Shown: positions 9,597-18,380 of the stretch, piece after piece
How positions within the stretch are numbered: position 1 is the stretch's first letter
Layout: the number at the start of each line of letters is the position of its first letter
Virus record (IMG/VR): IMGVR_UViG_3300042350_004191
Coordinates: 1 to 64,000 of that record
DNA: 64,000 bases
Strand: one strand, 5' to 3'
Notes under the pieces: generated by a model
Told to the model about the DNA's origin: nothing
Database searches by the model: none
The model's input: only the letters and a program-made list of their open reading frames with translations
Position numbers and translations under genes: made by a program

Positions 9597-9809
9597 TCAC
9601 CTAGGGTTTAAAATCTTTTCTTTCTTGAGCCTGTCTCTGAGCTTTCTTTCTTTCTTTTGTTTAGGAGTCTCGAATGCTCTCTTAGAACGAACCTGATCAA
9701 TAACCCCTTCGATCAAGAGATTGGTTTTTAATCTTTTAAGAACGCGATCTAAACCAGCTTTATCTTCTCGATCACGTTTGTTGAGTTTGATTTCAGTGTT
9801 TATAACCAT
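9597..9809 (-). CDS. rpsU: Ribosomal protein bS21 homolog
   Basis: LDRVLKRLK...EGVIDQVRSKRAFETPKQKKERK fits the bS21 pattern; 70 aa, basic. Confidence 0.8.
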   Translation of the reverse strand: MVINTEIKLNKRDREDKAGLDRVLKRLKTNLLIEGVIDQVRSKRAFETPKQKKERKLRDRLKKEKILNPR

Positions 9810-9858
9810 AATTTTGAAAAGTATTGTATATGAAATTTTGGAAGTTGCAAGTTTTTTT

Positions 9859-9932
9859 TGGTGCGGGATGAGGGAATCGAACCCTCGTCTAAGCTTTGGA
9901 AGAGCCTCGTTTTACCATTAAACTAATCCCGC
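9859..9932 (-). tRNA. tRNA-Gly(UCC)
   Basis: GCGGGATTAGTTTAATGGTAAAAC...CTTCCAA...GGTTCGATTCC..CCCGCACCA. Confidence 0.93.
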
Positions 9933-9946
9933 CGTCCCAACTGGAA

Positions 9947-10054
9947 TTACTTCACAGCAGCGACTGTAGTTTTACCACAAGGCTTACATTCTTTCTTGGA
10001 AGCACAAGCAGTCAAACCAACCATTGCGACTAACGATAGGATGATGTATTTCAT
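9947..10054 (-). CDS. Small lipoprotein (35 aa, not in ORF track)
   Basis: MKYIILSLVAMVGLTACASKKECKPCGKTTVAAVK*; lipobox LTAC. Confidence 0.7.
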   Translation of the reverse strand: MKYIILSLVAMVGLTACASKKECKPCGKTTVAAVK

Positions 10055-10099
10055 AAGGTCACTATCCTACTACAGATTTAGTTGTTTGTCAAATAAAAA

Positions 10100-10171
10100 C
10101 ATCCTCGACGGGTTTCGAACCCGTACTGCCACCGTGAAAGGGTAGTGTGCTAACCGTTACACTACGAGGAC
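10100..10171 (-). tRNA. tRNA-Glu(UUC)
   Basis: Cloverleaf; anticodon arm CTACC-CTTTCAC-GGTGG. Confidence 0.92.
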
Positions 10172-10227
10172 TAGAGAAATATTTATATTGACTCTACCAG
10201 TAATTTTAGATAATATCAAGCTCAAAT

Positions 10228-10725
10228 ATGAATATTTTTATTCTGGATGAAAATCCCAAGACAGCGGCACAGTACAATTGTGATAAACATGTTGTAAAAA
10301 TGATCGTAGAACTCTACCAGCAATTAGGTTCGGCTGTAATTCGTAGTGGCGCAACGCCAGAACTTATGCCACTAACATCAAAAAACACGCCACTAAAAGG
10401 AGGCTATCACAATCATCCATGCACCCGTTGGTGTGGAGATTCAAGAGACAATTATGAATGGGCAGTCGAACATGCATTGGAACTTTGTCTAGAATACACC
10501 AAAAGATATGGAAAGATTCATTCATGTGAAGCAGGAATTGTTCATTTGGCAAAGATGAGTAATATTATTCCCGAAGGACCTTTAACTTCGTTTGCTCTGG
10601 CAATGCCTGATGAATATAAATCCGAAAATGCTGTAAATTCTTATCGTACATATTACTTGAATGACAAAAAAGCCTTTGCCAAATGGGAAAAATCAAACAA
10701 TGTTCCTTTTTGGTGGAAGTTGTAA
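10228..10725 (+). CDS. Pyrimidine-dimer DNA glycosylase / endonuclease V-like protein
   Basis: MNIFILD..P..AAQ..CDKHVVKM..E, HNHPC..W and YRTYY motifs. Confidence 0.85.
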   Translation: MNIFILDENPKTAAQYNCDKHVVKMIVELYQQLGSAVIRSGATPELMPLTSKNTPLKGGYHNHPCTRWCGDSRDNYEWAVEHALELCLEYTKRYGKIHSCEAGIVHLAKMSNIIPEGPLTSFALAMPDEYKSENAVNSYRTYYLNDKKAFAKWEKSNNVPFWWKL

Positions 10726-10810
10726 CTCAAATAAAATAAGTAACACCATGGGAGGAAATTATTAGCTACTATGACCATGTTACTAGTAATGTCCCTAGTA
10801 GCAATCGGTG

Positions 10811-11197
10811 CTACCGTTTACTTGGTAGTTTGTGATTAATATTTTTAACAATATCTTTTAAATCTTTGTTTGGAAAAAGTTTTAATACTTTAACAACAAT
10901 TTCTTCTTTCTCTAAATTATATTCTAAAAGCTTTTCTACTTCTCTAGGATATATTTTTCTATGTGACTTGCAATATTCTATGATTTTTCTTTGTTCTTTG
11001 GTTATTTCACGAAGCCTTTCGTTCATATTTAAAAACTTATGAACTTTGCTTTTACCTCTTGGGTTTTCTTTTATCAATTCTTTATAATGATCTAGAACTT
11101 CGTTTAAGACCTTTTCTCCATCGTATTCAGAAATTGTTTCCATGTTTTTTATGATTTCTTCAAAATCATCCACTTCAGATTTATTTTTAGTACTCAT
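10811..11197 (-). CDS. Hypothetical helical protein
   Basis: ORF coupled to the NUDIX gene. Confidence 0.6.
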   Translation of the reverse strand: MSTKNKSEVDDFEEIIKNMETISEYDGEKVLNEVLDHYKELIKENPRGKSKVHKFLNMNERLREITKEQRKIIEYCKSHRKIYPREVEKLLEYNLEKEEIVVKVLKLFPNKDLKDIVKNINHKLPSKR

Positions 11198-11598
11198 TTT
11201 AATTTTTTAAATAGTTTTGGTAAAGCATCGACCACCGCTTTTGATGGGTTTATTTTGGACAAATGGCTTAAAGGAATCCATACAAAATCTATATGTTCAT
11301 TGGAAATTTTCGGTAAAAATGGTTGGTTTACTTTCATAATAAAAGAATAACAGGTTCTTCCTGTTTCTTTTTTGATATATTTGATATAATCTAATATTTT
11401 TCCTTCAGGAAGGAATCCTATTTCTTCTATTGTTTCACGATTGGCTGTTTGTAAAGGAGTTTCTTTTTTTTCTCTGTGACCACCAACAAAAGTGTATTTC
11501 CCATTATGTTTCAACAAAAACAAAATCAAATTGTCCGGTGTAAGAAAAATATATCCAGCACCTTCATGATCATTTGAAACCATATCTAAAAATTTCAT
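11194..11598 (-). CDS. NUDIX hydrolase
   Basis: GGHREKKETPLQTANRETIEEIG NUDIX box; EH motif. Confidence 0.9.
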   Translation of the reverse strand: MKFLDMVSNDHEGAGYIFLTPDNLILFLLKHNGKYTFVGGHREKKETPLQTANRETIEEIGFLPEGKILDYIKYIKKETGRTCYSFIMKVNQPFLPKISNEHIDFVWIPLSHLSKINPSKAVVDALPKLFKKLK

Positions 11599-11663
11599 TC
11601 CAAAAAGTCTATATCAAATAAAACTTATTTGCAACCAAAGATTTATCCGATAAAATATATTTA

Positions 11664-12071
11664 TCAGAACATAGGACTATGTAATGTAATGGTTGGTTCG
11701 ATAAAGGCGGCTGATCGAATAAAAAGTTTCGGATAACAAATTTCGGCAATAGTCATAGGATCATATATAGGATAGGTTGCCACCGGAAAACTTCCTTTGG
11801 CTGGATCATATACGAAAGTAATGTTCTTATAAACAAAAACATTCACTGCATGACCCGTCACAGGATAAACATAAAACTGTATGGCAAGGGTACGAGTCCA
11901 AATATAAGGTTCAAGTTTTTTATTAGCTTCCAATAAAAACTTATGGTGCAAAGAATAAATCAGACAACCATTGTCTATCATCGTGAAAGTTCTTTCCTGA
12001 TGATGTTTGTAATTGGGTATAAAAAAGAAAAAACAGACTACCAATATAAAACTTGGTAGGAGCCTTATCAT
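11664..12071 (-). CDS. Membrane-anchored protein, possible Cys-His-Asp (transglutaminase-like) triad
   Basis: Start re-called at 12071 (TAAATA upstream); N-terminal TM; NGC...GHAV...YDP. Confidence 0.45.
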   Translation of the reverse strand: MIRLLPSFILVVCFFFFIPNYKHHQERTFTMIDNGCLIYSLHHKFLLEANKKLEPYIWTRTLAIQFYVYPVTGHAVNVFVYKNITFVYDPAKGSFPVATYPIYDPMTIAEICYPKLFIRSAAFIEPTITLHSPMF

Positions 12072-12108
12072 GAAAATATTTACACAAAACAAGTGTAAGT
12101 ATTAAAAT

Positions 12109-12816
12109 ATGAAAGATAGGGATCATAAATTATTGGAAGAAGCTTATAAAAAAGTTTATTTAAAAGAAGAAGAAGAGAAATATAACATGGACGAAGTTCC
12201 TAGTGACCAAGAAATGGAACGTGCATTGGAAAAATATTACCAAGAACACGAAAACCCAGACGAACTTACCAAAAAACTTTTCACATTAAAATCTTTAAAA
12301 AGTTTCTTTGAAGAAATGAAACAAACAAGAGATAGTTGGAATTCTGCATATCCAAAAGATAGAAAAACTACAATAGCTGATGCAATAAACAGCATATATT
12401 CCGATACATATAAAGATGTACATGGAATAAGAATGACTCCGAATGTAACAGGAAGGTTCGCTCTTTTCCCTGAATACCATCCACTTATTTCCATGGCATT
12501 TTCTTATTTCAGGCTTTATCGAGAAGATGAATTAACCAGAGACGAAAGAAATCTAGGGTACGAAAACCGCGAAGTACTTTATGATTTAGAATTGAAGATA
12601 GATCGTTTTATTGATGATATAAATGAAGATGCTGATCTTCCTAGTATAGCCAAACAAATATTCGATATGATCGAATCGGCAAATTTTAAACAGGACAACG
12701 ACAATTTTTACAAAAATAATTTGTTGGATTCCGTGAGAACCTCTATAAAGAGAGCCTCAAATCTTGATGAGAACGAAAGAAAATATTTGTTGGCAAATTT
12801 ACCAGAAAAAATTTAA
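12109..12816 (+). CDS. Hypothetical protein with shared N-terminal leader (MKDRDHKLLEEAY..LKE)
   Basis: ORF; TAAGTA 7 nt upstream of ATG. Confidence 0.7.
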   Translation: MKDRDHKLLEEAYKKVYLKEEEEKYNMDEVPSDQEMERALEKYYQEHENPDELTKKLFTLKSLKSFFEEMKQTRDSWNSAYPKDRKTTIADAINSIYSDTYKDVHGIRMTPNVTGRFALFPEYHPLISMAFSYFRLYREDELTRDERNLGYENREVLYDLELKIDRFIDDINEDADLPSIAKQIFDMIESANFKQDNDNFYKNNLLDSVRTSIKRASNLDENERKYLLANLPEKI

Positions 12817-13040
12817 TCAGGCTTTAATTGTCCGATCTTAATTTTAATCTGACCATTACCTTTATTGATTCCATAAGGATGTTGATAAAAACGCTTGGGT
12901 AATTGGTTAATAGCTCCCTCATGATACTTGGGTTCTATAAGTGACAAATCATCACCCTCCAGATAAACATAAGATTCGCCTGTAAGAAGACAGACTATTT
13001 CTTGTTCAGGATTTTCAAAATGCTTGGAAGGAATATACAT
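12813..13040 (-). CDS. Hypothetical protein
   Basis: ORF. Confidence 0.5.
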   Translation of the reverse strand: MYIPSKHFENPEQEIVCLLTGESYVYLEGDDLSLIEPKYHEGAINQLPKRFYQHPYGINKGNGQIKIKIGQLKPD

Positions 13041-13082
13041 TTAAAGATATAATATCCCAACTATTCGATAAAATCAAATAGT

Positions 13083-13283
13083 TCAACCACCATTTCCACC
13101 GCCACCGTCTCCACCACCAGCAGCACCATCTCCTGCACCAGTGCCAAAACCATAGCCAGCACCATACCAAGGATATCCCCATGTTCCATAGGGTCCGATT
13201 CTTCTGCGACCAGAAGAAGACTTTCTTTTCTTCTTGGTCGTTCTTTTTCTCTTTTCCAACAAAAATTCTTTAAAGGAGATCAT
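13083..13283 (-). CDS. Basic/Gly-rich peptide with T4 internal-protein-like N-terminus (MISFKEFLLE)
   Basis: Resembles the T4 capsid-targeting sequence MKTYQEFIAE; TAAGTA upstream. Confidence 0.6.
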   Translation of the reverse strand: MISFKEFLLEKRKRTTKKKRKSSSGRRRIGPYGTWGYPWYGAGYGFGTGAGDGAAGGGDGGGGNGG

Positions 13284-13312
13284 TTTATATACTTACTTAT
13301 ATAAATATAACA

Positions 13313-13981
13313 GTGAGAAATAAAGATCAAATACTTTTAGAAAACTTATACAATTCCATCTTAGAAGCAAAAGTGGTAATGGAAGACCCTAAAAGTCTGA
13401 TCGGTCAAATTGTCGATGTCCATCCAGCAATTTCTGGCACACCAGAAAGCGATCCTATGCTTTATATGGCATGGTCCATAAAATCCCTAGCAACAGGAAA
13501 AGTTATCCATAATACCAGAACACTATTGTTAAAAGACTGTACGGCAATAATCGACCATGATAAAGTCAAAAATTTTCAACTCAACCCAAATAAAGGAACA
13601 AAAACCCCTAACCTATTAGTAAGAGGCACAGTATTAGACATAGACTTTGATGTGTCTAAAATATCTAATATCCTATCAAATGGAGATTGGAAATCAATAA
13701 CTTATAATCCACACAAACACAGAGAATATGTATACAAAGACAAACTACCCGAATGGTGGAACACTGACGAAAGATTTCCCCATGATAATCCAAGAATCCC
13801 AGACCTAGCTAAAAAAAGATTGGAAGCATCAGAAGAAAGATCTAAAGAAAATTTCTCATATAATGAGCTTAGTAAAAAAGACCCAAATGAAAACATTTCA
13901 AAGTTTTCCTGTGAAAATATACTTTTAAAACAATACCTTAAAAGAGGAGAAGACTATATGTGGGTAAAAGGTGTATTATAA
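13313..13981 (+). CDS. Hypothetical protein with shared N-terminal leader (MRNKDQILLENLY..ILE)
   Basis: GTG start; TATAAATA upstream. Confidence 0.7.
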   Translation: MRNKDQILLENLYNSILEAKVVMEDPKSLIGQIVDVHPAISGTPESDPMLYMAWSIKSLATGKVIHNTRTLLLKDCTAIIDHDKVKNFQLNPNKGTKTPNLLVRGTVLDIDFDVSKISNILSNGDWKSITYNPHKHREYVYKDKLPEWWNTDERFPHDNPRIPDLAKKRLEASEERSKENFSYNELSKKDPNENISKFSCENILLKQYLKRGEDYMWVKGVL

Positions 13982-14019
13982 TAGGGTACAAGTTTACAAA
14001 ATTAGGTTATATAAAGGCA

Positions 14020-14547
14020 TTATAACAAATTTTGTATTTTATATAAGTTTTTGTATTCCAAAGCAAATCTTGAAGTATCGTAGGTTATATTTTTCACCTT
14101 GGTCCCTTTAGAAATAAATTCGGCCTTTTGATGATATTCTTCCTTTGGTATAAAACCACATATCCATGCCAAGGAAAAATCGTTTTTTATTCTACTGAAT
14201 ATATAAAAATCCACTTCCCTGTTCCTCTGATCCTCATAGATAGTGCCTATATAATCTATATGTGGTTTAAAATTACAACCTTGAGCCTTGGAATCAAAAG
14301 TTCTTTGTTTAGAGTTTTTGAAATCATATTTTACATCATCACTATAATCTAATATCTTAATGGTATGTTTTATGGCTACTTCTGCCAAATATCCGGTCAA
14401 TCGTATTTTTTCCCACTTTTGCTCAGTCCTATGAGTCCCATATTTTCCAAATCTCCTTTCAAAAACTTTATTTCTTTCTTCGGCTTCTTTAACCATCTCA
14501 GGAGTTATGATTACTTCCATAATGTCATTTCGATCTTGGACTTTCAT
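14020..14547 (-). CDS. Putative PD-(D/E)XK restriction-endonuclease-like protein
   Basis: GYLAE...YD...FDSK motif and DFYIF..AWICG. Confidence 0.55.
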   Translation of the reverse strand: MKVQDRNDIMEVIITPEMVKEAEERNKVFERRFGKYGTHRTEQKWEKIRLTGYLAEVAIKHTIKILDYSDDVKYDFKNSKQRTFDSKAQGCNFKPHIDYIGTIYEDQRNREVDFYIFSRIKNDFSLAWICGFIPKEEYHQKAEFISKGTKVKNITYDTSRFALEYKNLYKIQNLL

Positions 14548-14864
14548 TTGTCAGGATATATTATCATATTCTATAGGAAAATCAAATAATAGGTGGACTA
14601 GGGGTATATTATAGGGTAGGGGGTGTATATTTTTATACAGGGGGTAGGCAATGCCCCCCCACCGACTTTTTTATGACAAACTCTATGGGTGTTTTTTTCT
14701 GGCTTGGGTCTGTTACTATGACACTCTTTCAGTGGTGGACTGTGTTGTGTCATAGTGGTTTCCGTTTCATCTGGTTTGTATCAGAGTGCCTGTCACTTCG
14801 AGGTCGAGTCTTTACAGCACCGGACAGATGACAACAGCACCGGAGGGAGCAACCGATACGGCGC

Positions 14865-14895
14865 AAAAAAAACCCTCTCCTTTTGGAGAGGGTTT
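14865..14895 (-). terminator. Rho-independent terminator
   Basis: CCCTCTCC-TTTT-GGAGAGGG hairpin with an A8 tract on + (U-tail on -). Confidence 0.85.
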
Positions 14896-14914
14896 CAGTG
14901 GGGAAGATTTCGGA

Positions 14915-15148
14915 TTAGGAAACCGGAGCCTTCTTCAGGTCATGGATGGGCGCAGCCTTTGCCTTGCCAACCTTGGGGAGGTTGGTGGCGCAGGAGCGCA
15001 GAGCAAAGCGCACCGCATCGGATTTGCTGATGCCCAAGGTGAGCATGATGGTGGACAGAGCCGCCTCTGTTTCAGCTTCCCAACGGAAGGTTCCGCCGAG
15101 GGCTTTGTTGGTTTTGTATGCGCGTTTGGTGGTGGTGATGTTTCTCAT
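14915..15148 (-). CDS. Ribbon-helix-helix (CopG/Arc/MetJ-like) DNA-binding protein, 77 aa
   Basis: Start re-called at 15148 from promoter position; GGTFRWEAETEAALSTIMLTLGISKSDAVRFALR fits the RHH pattern. Confidence 0.65.
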   Translation of the reverse strand: MRNITTTKRAYKTNKALGGTFRWEAETEAALSTIMLTLGISKSDAVRFALRSCATNLPKVGKAKAAPIHDLKKAPVS

Positions 15149-15158
15149 AACGGTGATG

Positions 15159-15187
15159 ATAGTAGTCTGGATTACTTGTAAACACAA
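15159..15187 (-). promoter_or_regulatory. Boxed early-type promoter
   Basis: TTGTGT-ttacaagtaatccagac-TACTAT; ATG 10 nt downstream. Confidence 0.75.
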
Positions 15188-15280
15188 GCACAAATGTAGG
15201 ACAATCTGGGAGGGTAAGAGAGGCAAGGGGATGACAGCACCAGCACCGGAGGAGCATCGAGGTATGGCGCATCGAGGAGA

Positions 15281-15316
15281 AAAAGAAAACCCCTGTCACC
15301 TTTCGATGACAGGGGT
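15281..15316 (-). terminator. Rho-independent terminator
   Basis: ACCCCTGTCA/TGACAGGGGT stem plus A-tract. Confidence 0.8.
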
Positions 15317-15336
15317 GGATGCCACACGCCGCTCTA

Positions 15337-15852
15337 TCAGAAACCATCGTTGTATGGTTCGTAAGGTTCGTTCAGACCTGATGCCAGCCATTCGGTGACA
15401 GTGTTCCGGTCTTCGAGGATGATGTCACTGGCGACCCAGTAGTTGAGGATATCCTCAGTGAGGGTGGAGGGGTTGTAGCCTCTCTGGTAGAACCTACCAT
15501 TGACAAAGGTGCAGAAGGCGGCGGTGCAATCGACATCCCTCTCGATGAGTTCGTACCTCTCGATGGTCTGACCGAAGGATGCACCCTTGGTGCCAGTGAA
15601 GGTGATCTTCCGAGTGTAGAAGTTGCTGTGATCATCTTCATCAAAGAAGTTCTCAGGCAGTAGGCAGCAGTCCATCTTGTGTTCCCTACAGAGGTAGCCT
15701 TCGAGTTCGGTGCAGTGAAGGTCACAGATGATTTTCGCATCGGTGATGGACGGGTATTGATCGTCCTTGGTATCCGCGATGTGCTTGGGAGCAGTCGTGG
15801 TGTTGAGGTAACGGTGTTTGATGATGTTGATGAGTTCGGTGAGTGTGTCCAT
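15337..15852 (-). CDS. Early hypothetical protein
   Basis: Start re-called at MDTLTELINII, 10 nt after the -10 box. Confidence 0.7.
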   Translation of the reverse strand: MDTLTELINIIKHRYLNTTTAPKHIADTKDDQYPSITDAKIICDLHCTELEGYLCREHKMDCCLLPENFFDEDDHSNFYTRKITFTGTKGASFGQTIERYELIERDVDCTAAFCTFVNGRFYQRGYNPSTLTEDILNYWVASDIILEDRNTVTEWLASGLNEPYEPYNDGF

Positions 15853-15862
15853 AACGTGTAAG

Positions 15863-15891
15863 AGACTACTATGGATTACTTGTAAGGTCGA
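15863..15891 (-). promoter_or_regulatory. Boxed early-type promoter
   Basis: TCGACC-ttacaagtaatccatag-TAGTCT. Confidence 0.75.
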
Positions 15892-15977
15892 GCTAAAAAT
15901 GAATTCCTTTTTAATTGCCAGCACCCTGTGTCATTGAGGCAAGGCGACACAGGGTGCTGTTGTAACTCAGTGCTGCA

Positions 15978-16190
15978 TTACAGAACAGGTAGGTCTTCGA
16001 CTTCGTTGACGGTGATGAGGTAGTGCTTCCTCGTTCCATCATTGTTGAACCATGTGGCTTGCACCACATTGTCCTTGTGCAGTCTGATGTAGGGAGTGCG
16101 ATAACCTCTCTCTCCCTCATCCAAACCCCTCACTACTTTAGTGATGACAACTTCGAGGTCTTCTAGGTCCTTGATGTCTTTAGTCTTCAT
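15978..16190 (-). CDS. Early hypothetical protein
   Basis: ORF, ATGA-coupled to the upstream ORF; hairpin at 15919-15958 follows. Confidence 0.6.
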   Translation of the reverse strand: MKTKDIKDLEDLEVVITKVVRGLDEGERGYRTPYIRLHKDNVVQATWFNNDGTRKHYLITVNEVEDLPVL

Positions 16191-16459
16191 TGATGGTATT
16201 GTCCGGTGGTCAGACGCTGGAGAGACTCAGCCCAATCGTAGTGGGGCATCCATTCTCCATCGCTGAAGTCGATGTAGTGCCTGTCATGCGACAGCTTGTA
16301 GGTGATTCCTTTTGCCTTGCATTCCTTTCGGAACTGGAGGTAGTCAGGATCTGTCTTCTTCCTCGCTGGCTTCGAGCCGTATTCGAGGAGTCGATTGAGA
16401 TTGCGCTGGAGCATCCAGAGACTCATTTGAATTCCTCCGGTATCTCGACCTTCTCCCAT
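16187..16459 (-). CDS. Early hypothetical protein (true start probably MSLWML)
   Basis: ORF in operon. Confidence 0.55.
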   Translation of the reverse strand: MGEGRDTGGIQMSLWMLQRNLNRLLEYGSKPARKKTDPDYLQFRKECKAKGITYKLSHDRHYIDFSDGEWMPHYDWAESLQRLTTGQYHQ

Positions 16460-16821
16460 TCGCCGTAGGCAATCGAGGAGCCGTAGTTATCGACAAACGG
16501 TTTGAGTCTGTCGCCAGCTTTGTAGCCTGTCATGGTGTAGCCCATGCGAGCCAGTGCTTCGAGCTTCTCGTCGGTGAGAAGGTCTGCATCGGTCTGGACG
16601 TTCATGCTCACGTTGACCTTGAAGGGGATTCTCTTTGGTGAGTAGAGAGCCTTGCCAGTGCGTTTGAGCTTTCCGTTCCTGAGAGCCTTGGCATTACGCA
16701 AAGCCTCACCGATTGTTTCGCCACAGCCCCAATTGAATTCATTGGTCTTGGCGATGTAGTAGACTGTCTGTTTACTGGACATAAACGAGTGTGCCTTGTC
16801 TGACTTCGAGTTGAGAAGCAA
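16423..16821 (-). CDS. Early hypothetical protein (true start probably MSSKQTV)
   Basis: ORF in operon. Confidence 0.6.
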   Translation of the reverse strand: MLLNSKSDKAHSFMSSKQTVYYIAKTNEFNWGCGETIGEALRNAKALRNGKLKRTGKALYSPKRIPFKVNVSMNVQTDADLLTDEKLEALARMGYTMTGYKAGDRLKPFVDNYGSSIAYGEWEKVEIPEEFK

Positions 16822-16991
16822 CCTGCTTTTATGTGGTTACAGGTTGGGCGATGAATTGACCAGCGAAAGCACCAGCAACGCCGCCACATTACCCTTTTCT
16901 TCTCGTCTGTGAAAGTCAGCTTATAGGCTATGTTCTCCTACTGATGTTTTGTGTGGTGTTCTCAGTACATCTCGTACTTTGAACGAGAACC

Positions 16992-17019
16992 ACTGTAGCA
17001 GGATTATTTGTAAACGCGA
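16992..17019 (-). promoter_or_regulatory. Boxed early-type promoter
   Basis: TCGCGT-ttacaaataatcctgc-TACAGT. Confidence 0.6.
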
Positions 17020-17276
17020 GAAAATAAAATTCAATTGGAAAGATTTTTTTCTTTACATTTGGAAATCAAACAGTCGTTTAAGTTGGAAATTAAATTGTAA
17101 GACAATTAGAATTTTCTTGACTGACAAAGAAATTTTTAGTAGTCAAAATTTTTTGAAATAGAACAAGTAATCCGAAAATGTCAAGACTAAAATGATTGTC
17201 TTACGTTGTAAGTATTTGTGCCAGCCCGAATTAGAAACAAGACGTTGATTGTAAGACAAAGAGAAAGGCTGGACAC

Positions 17277-17305
17277 AAAGAAGGACGGGAGCAATCCCGT
17301 CCTTC
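17277..17305 (-). terminator. Terminator hairpin
   Basis: GAAGGACGGGA-GCAA-TCCCGTCCTTC perfect stem. Confidence 0.75.
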
Positions 17306-17530
17306 AAGTTTTAGAATGTAAGACGATTAGTTAGGGCTGTTGAGCATCTGGAGCTTCTGGTCTTTGAGACTGACCATATTATCTGCAAGGATGTTCAGTT
17401 TCGCCTCATGCTCTCGCAAGTGCTGGAGGAGGATGGAGATTGCGGATTTGGCTAATTCCATTTCCTCTTGGAGTCTTTCGATTTGTGTCATGGTGAAAGT
17501 GGGGAGAGGGTTTCCCCTCTCCCCATGATT

Positions 17531-18106
17531 TTAGTCGTGGAGTTGGATCAGATTCCCCTTCACTTTGATGCCAGCCATTTGCTCTGGCGTGAAGATGAAT
17601 TCGCGGAACCTCTCACGCTTGAAGCCGCACACCTTTTTGATGTGTTTCTTCGCCAGCGTCAGAGGACGCGAGTTAACGGGTTTCTTTGGATTGGTCGGAG
17701 GAGCGATTTGTTCCTTCTGTTCCCGAAACCCATACAGATGAATCGTTCCGCTTTCCTTGTGGAGCTTGATTCCATCCGAGATAATCTCGTAGGTATCCTC
17801 TCCGTTGTTTTTGTTTTGAGCCGCATGAACGTAGCTCCCAGAGACACCATTGGTGAGCGTTTGCGTCAGCGAGGCGAGCAATTCCGCTTTCGCTTTGGCT
17901 TCCAGATCGTTTTGCGGTTGGTATGCTTCCAGAGCAGCTTTGTCATGCTCACAGGCAGCTTTGTTGCTGATACCAAAGTTAAGCGTGTAGCGAGCCGTCT
18001 CGCCAGTGTCTTTGGTAACGTAGAGGAAGGAGATGAACGTGCAACCCTTCTTTGTGGCTTCCTCCAGAATTTCCAGAGGACTTTGTGTGTTGGTGTTATT
18101 TCTCAT
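17531..18106 (-). CDS. Early hypothetical protein
   Basis: 191-aa ORF with its own promoter and a downstream hairpin at 17501-17524. Confidence 0.75.
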   Translation of the reverse strand: MRNNTNTQSPLEILEEATKKGCTFISFLYVTKDTGETARYTLNFGISNKAACEHDKAALEAYQPQNDLEAKAKAELLASLTQTLTNGVSGSYVHAAQNKNNGEDTYEIISDGIKLHKESGTIHLYGFREQKEQIAPPTNPKKPVNSRPLTLAKKHIKKVCGFKRERFREFIFTPEQMAGIKVKGNLIQLHD

Positions 18107-18116
18107 AACAGGAAGG

Positions 18117-18145
18117 AGTATCGCATGGATTACTTGTAAGGTCGA
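18117..18145 (-). promoter_or_regulatory. Boxed early-type promoter
   Basis: TCGACC-ttacaagtaatccatgc-GATACT-ccttcctgtt-ATG. Confidence 0.75.
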
Positions 18146-18380
18146 GAAAATAAATCCGATTGGATTAAAATTTCTGAATGTCTTACAATCAACCTATCCA
18201 CATGGAATTCGATGGGATTGGAATTGTAAGACAATTAGATTTTGATTGTCTTACGATATATAAGTCAAAAAAAATTGTAAGACAATTGAGAACCAGATCG
18301 TAAGACATTCTTCGCCACTCGGTTTTGTCCGTGGGTTTAACCCACTGTCAAGGATCACCGAAAACCTATACGATTTGATT

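Noticed and set aside
18194-18202. DnaA box-like CTATCCACA
   Set aside because: Single mismatched copy, expected by chance
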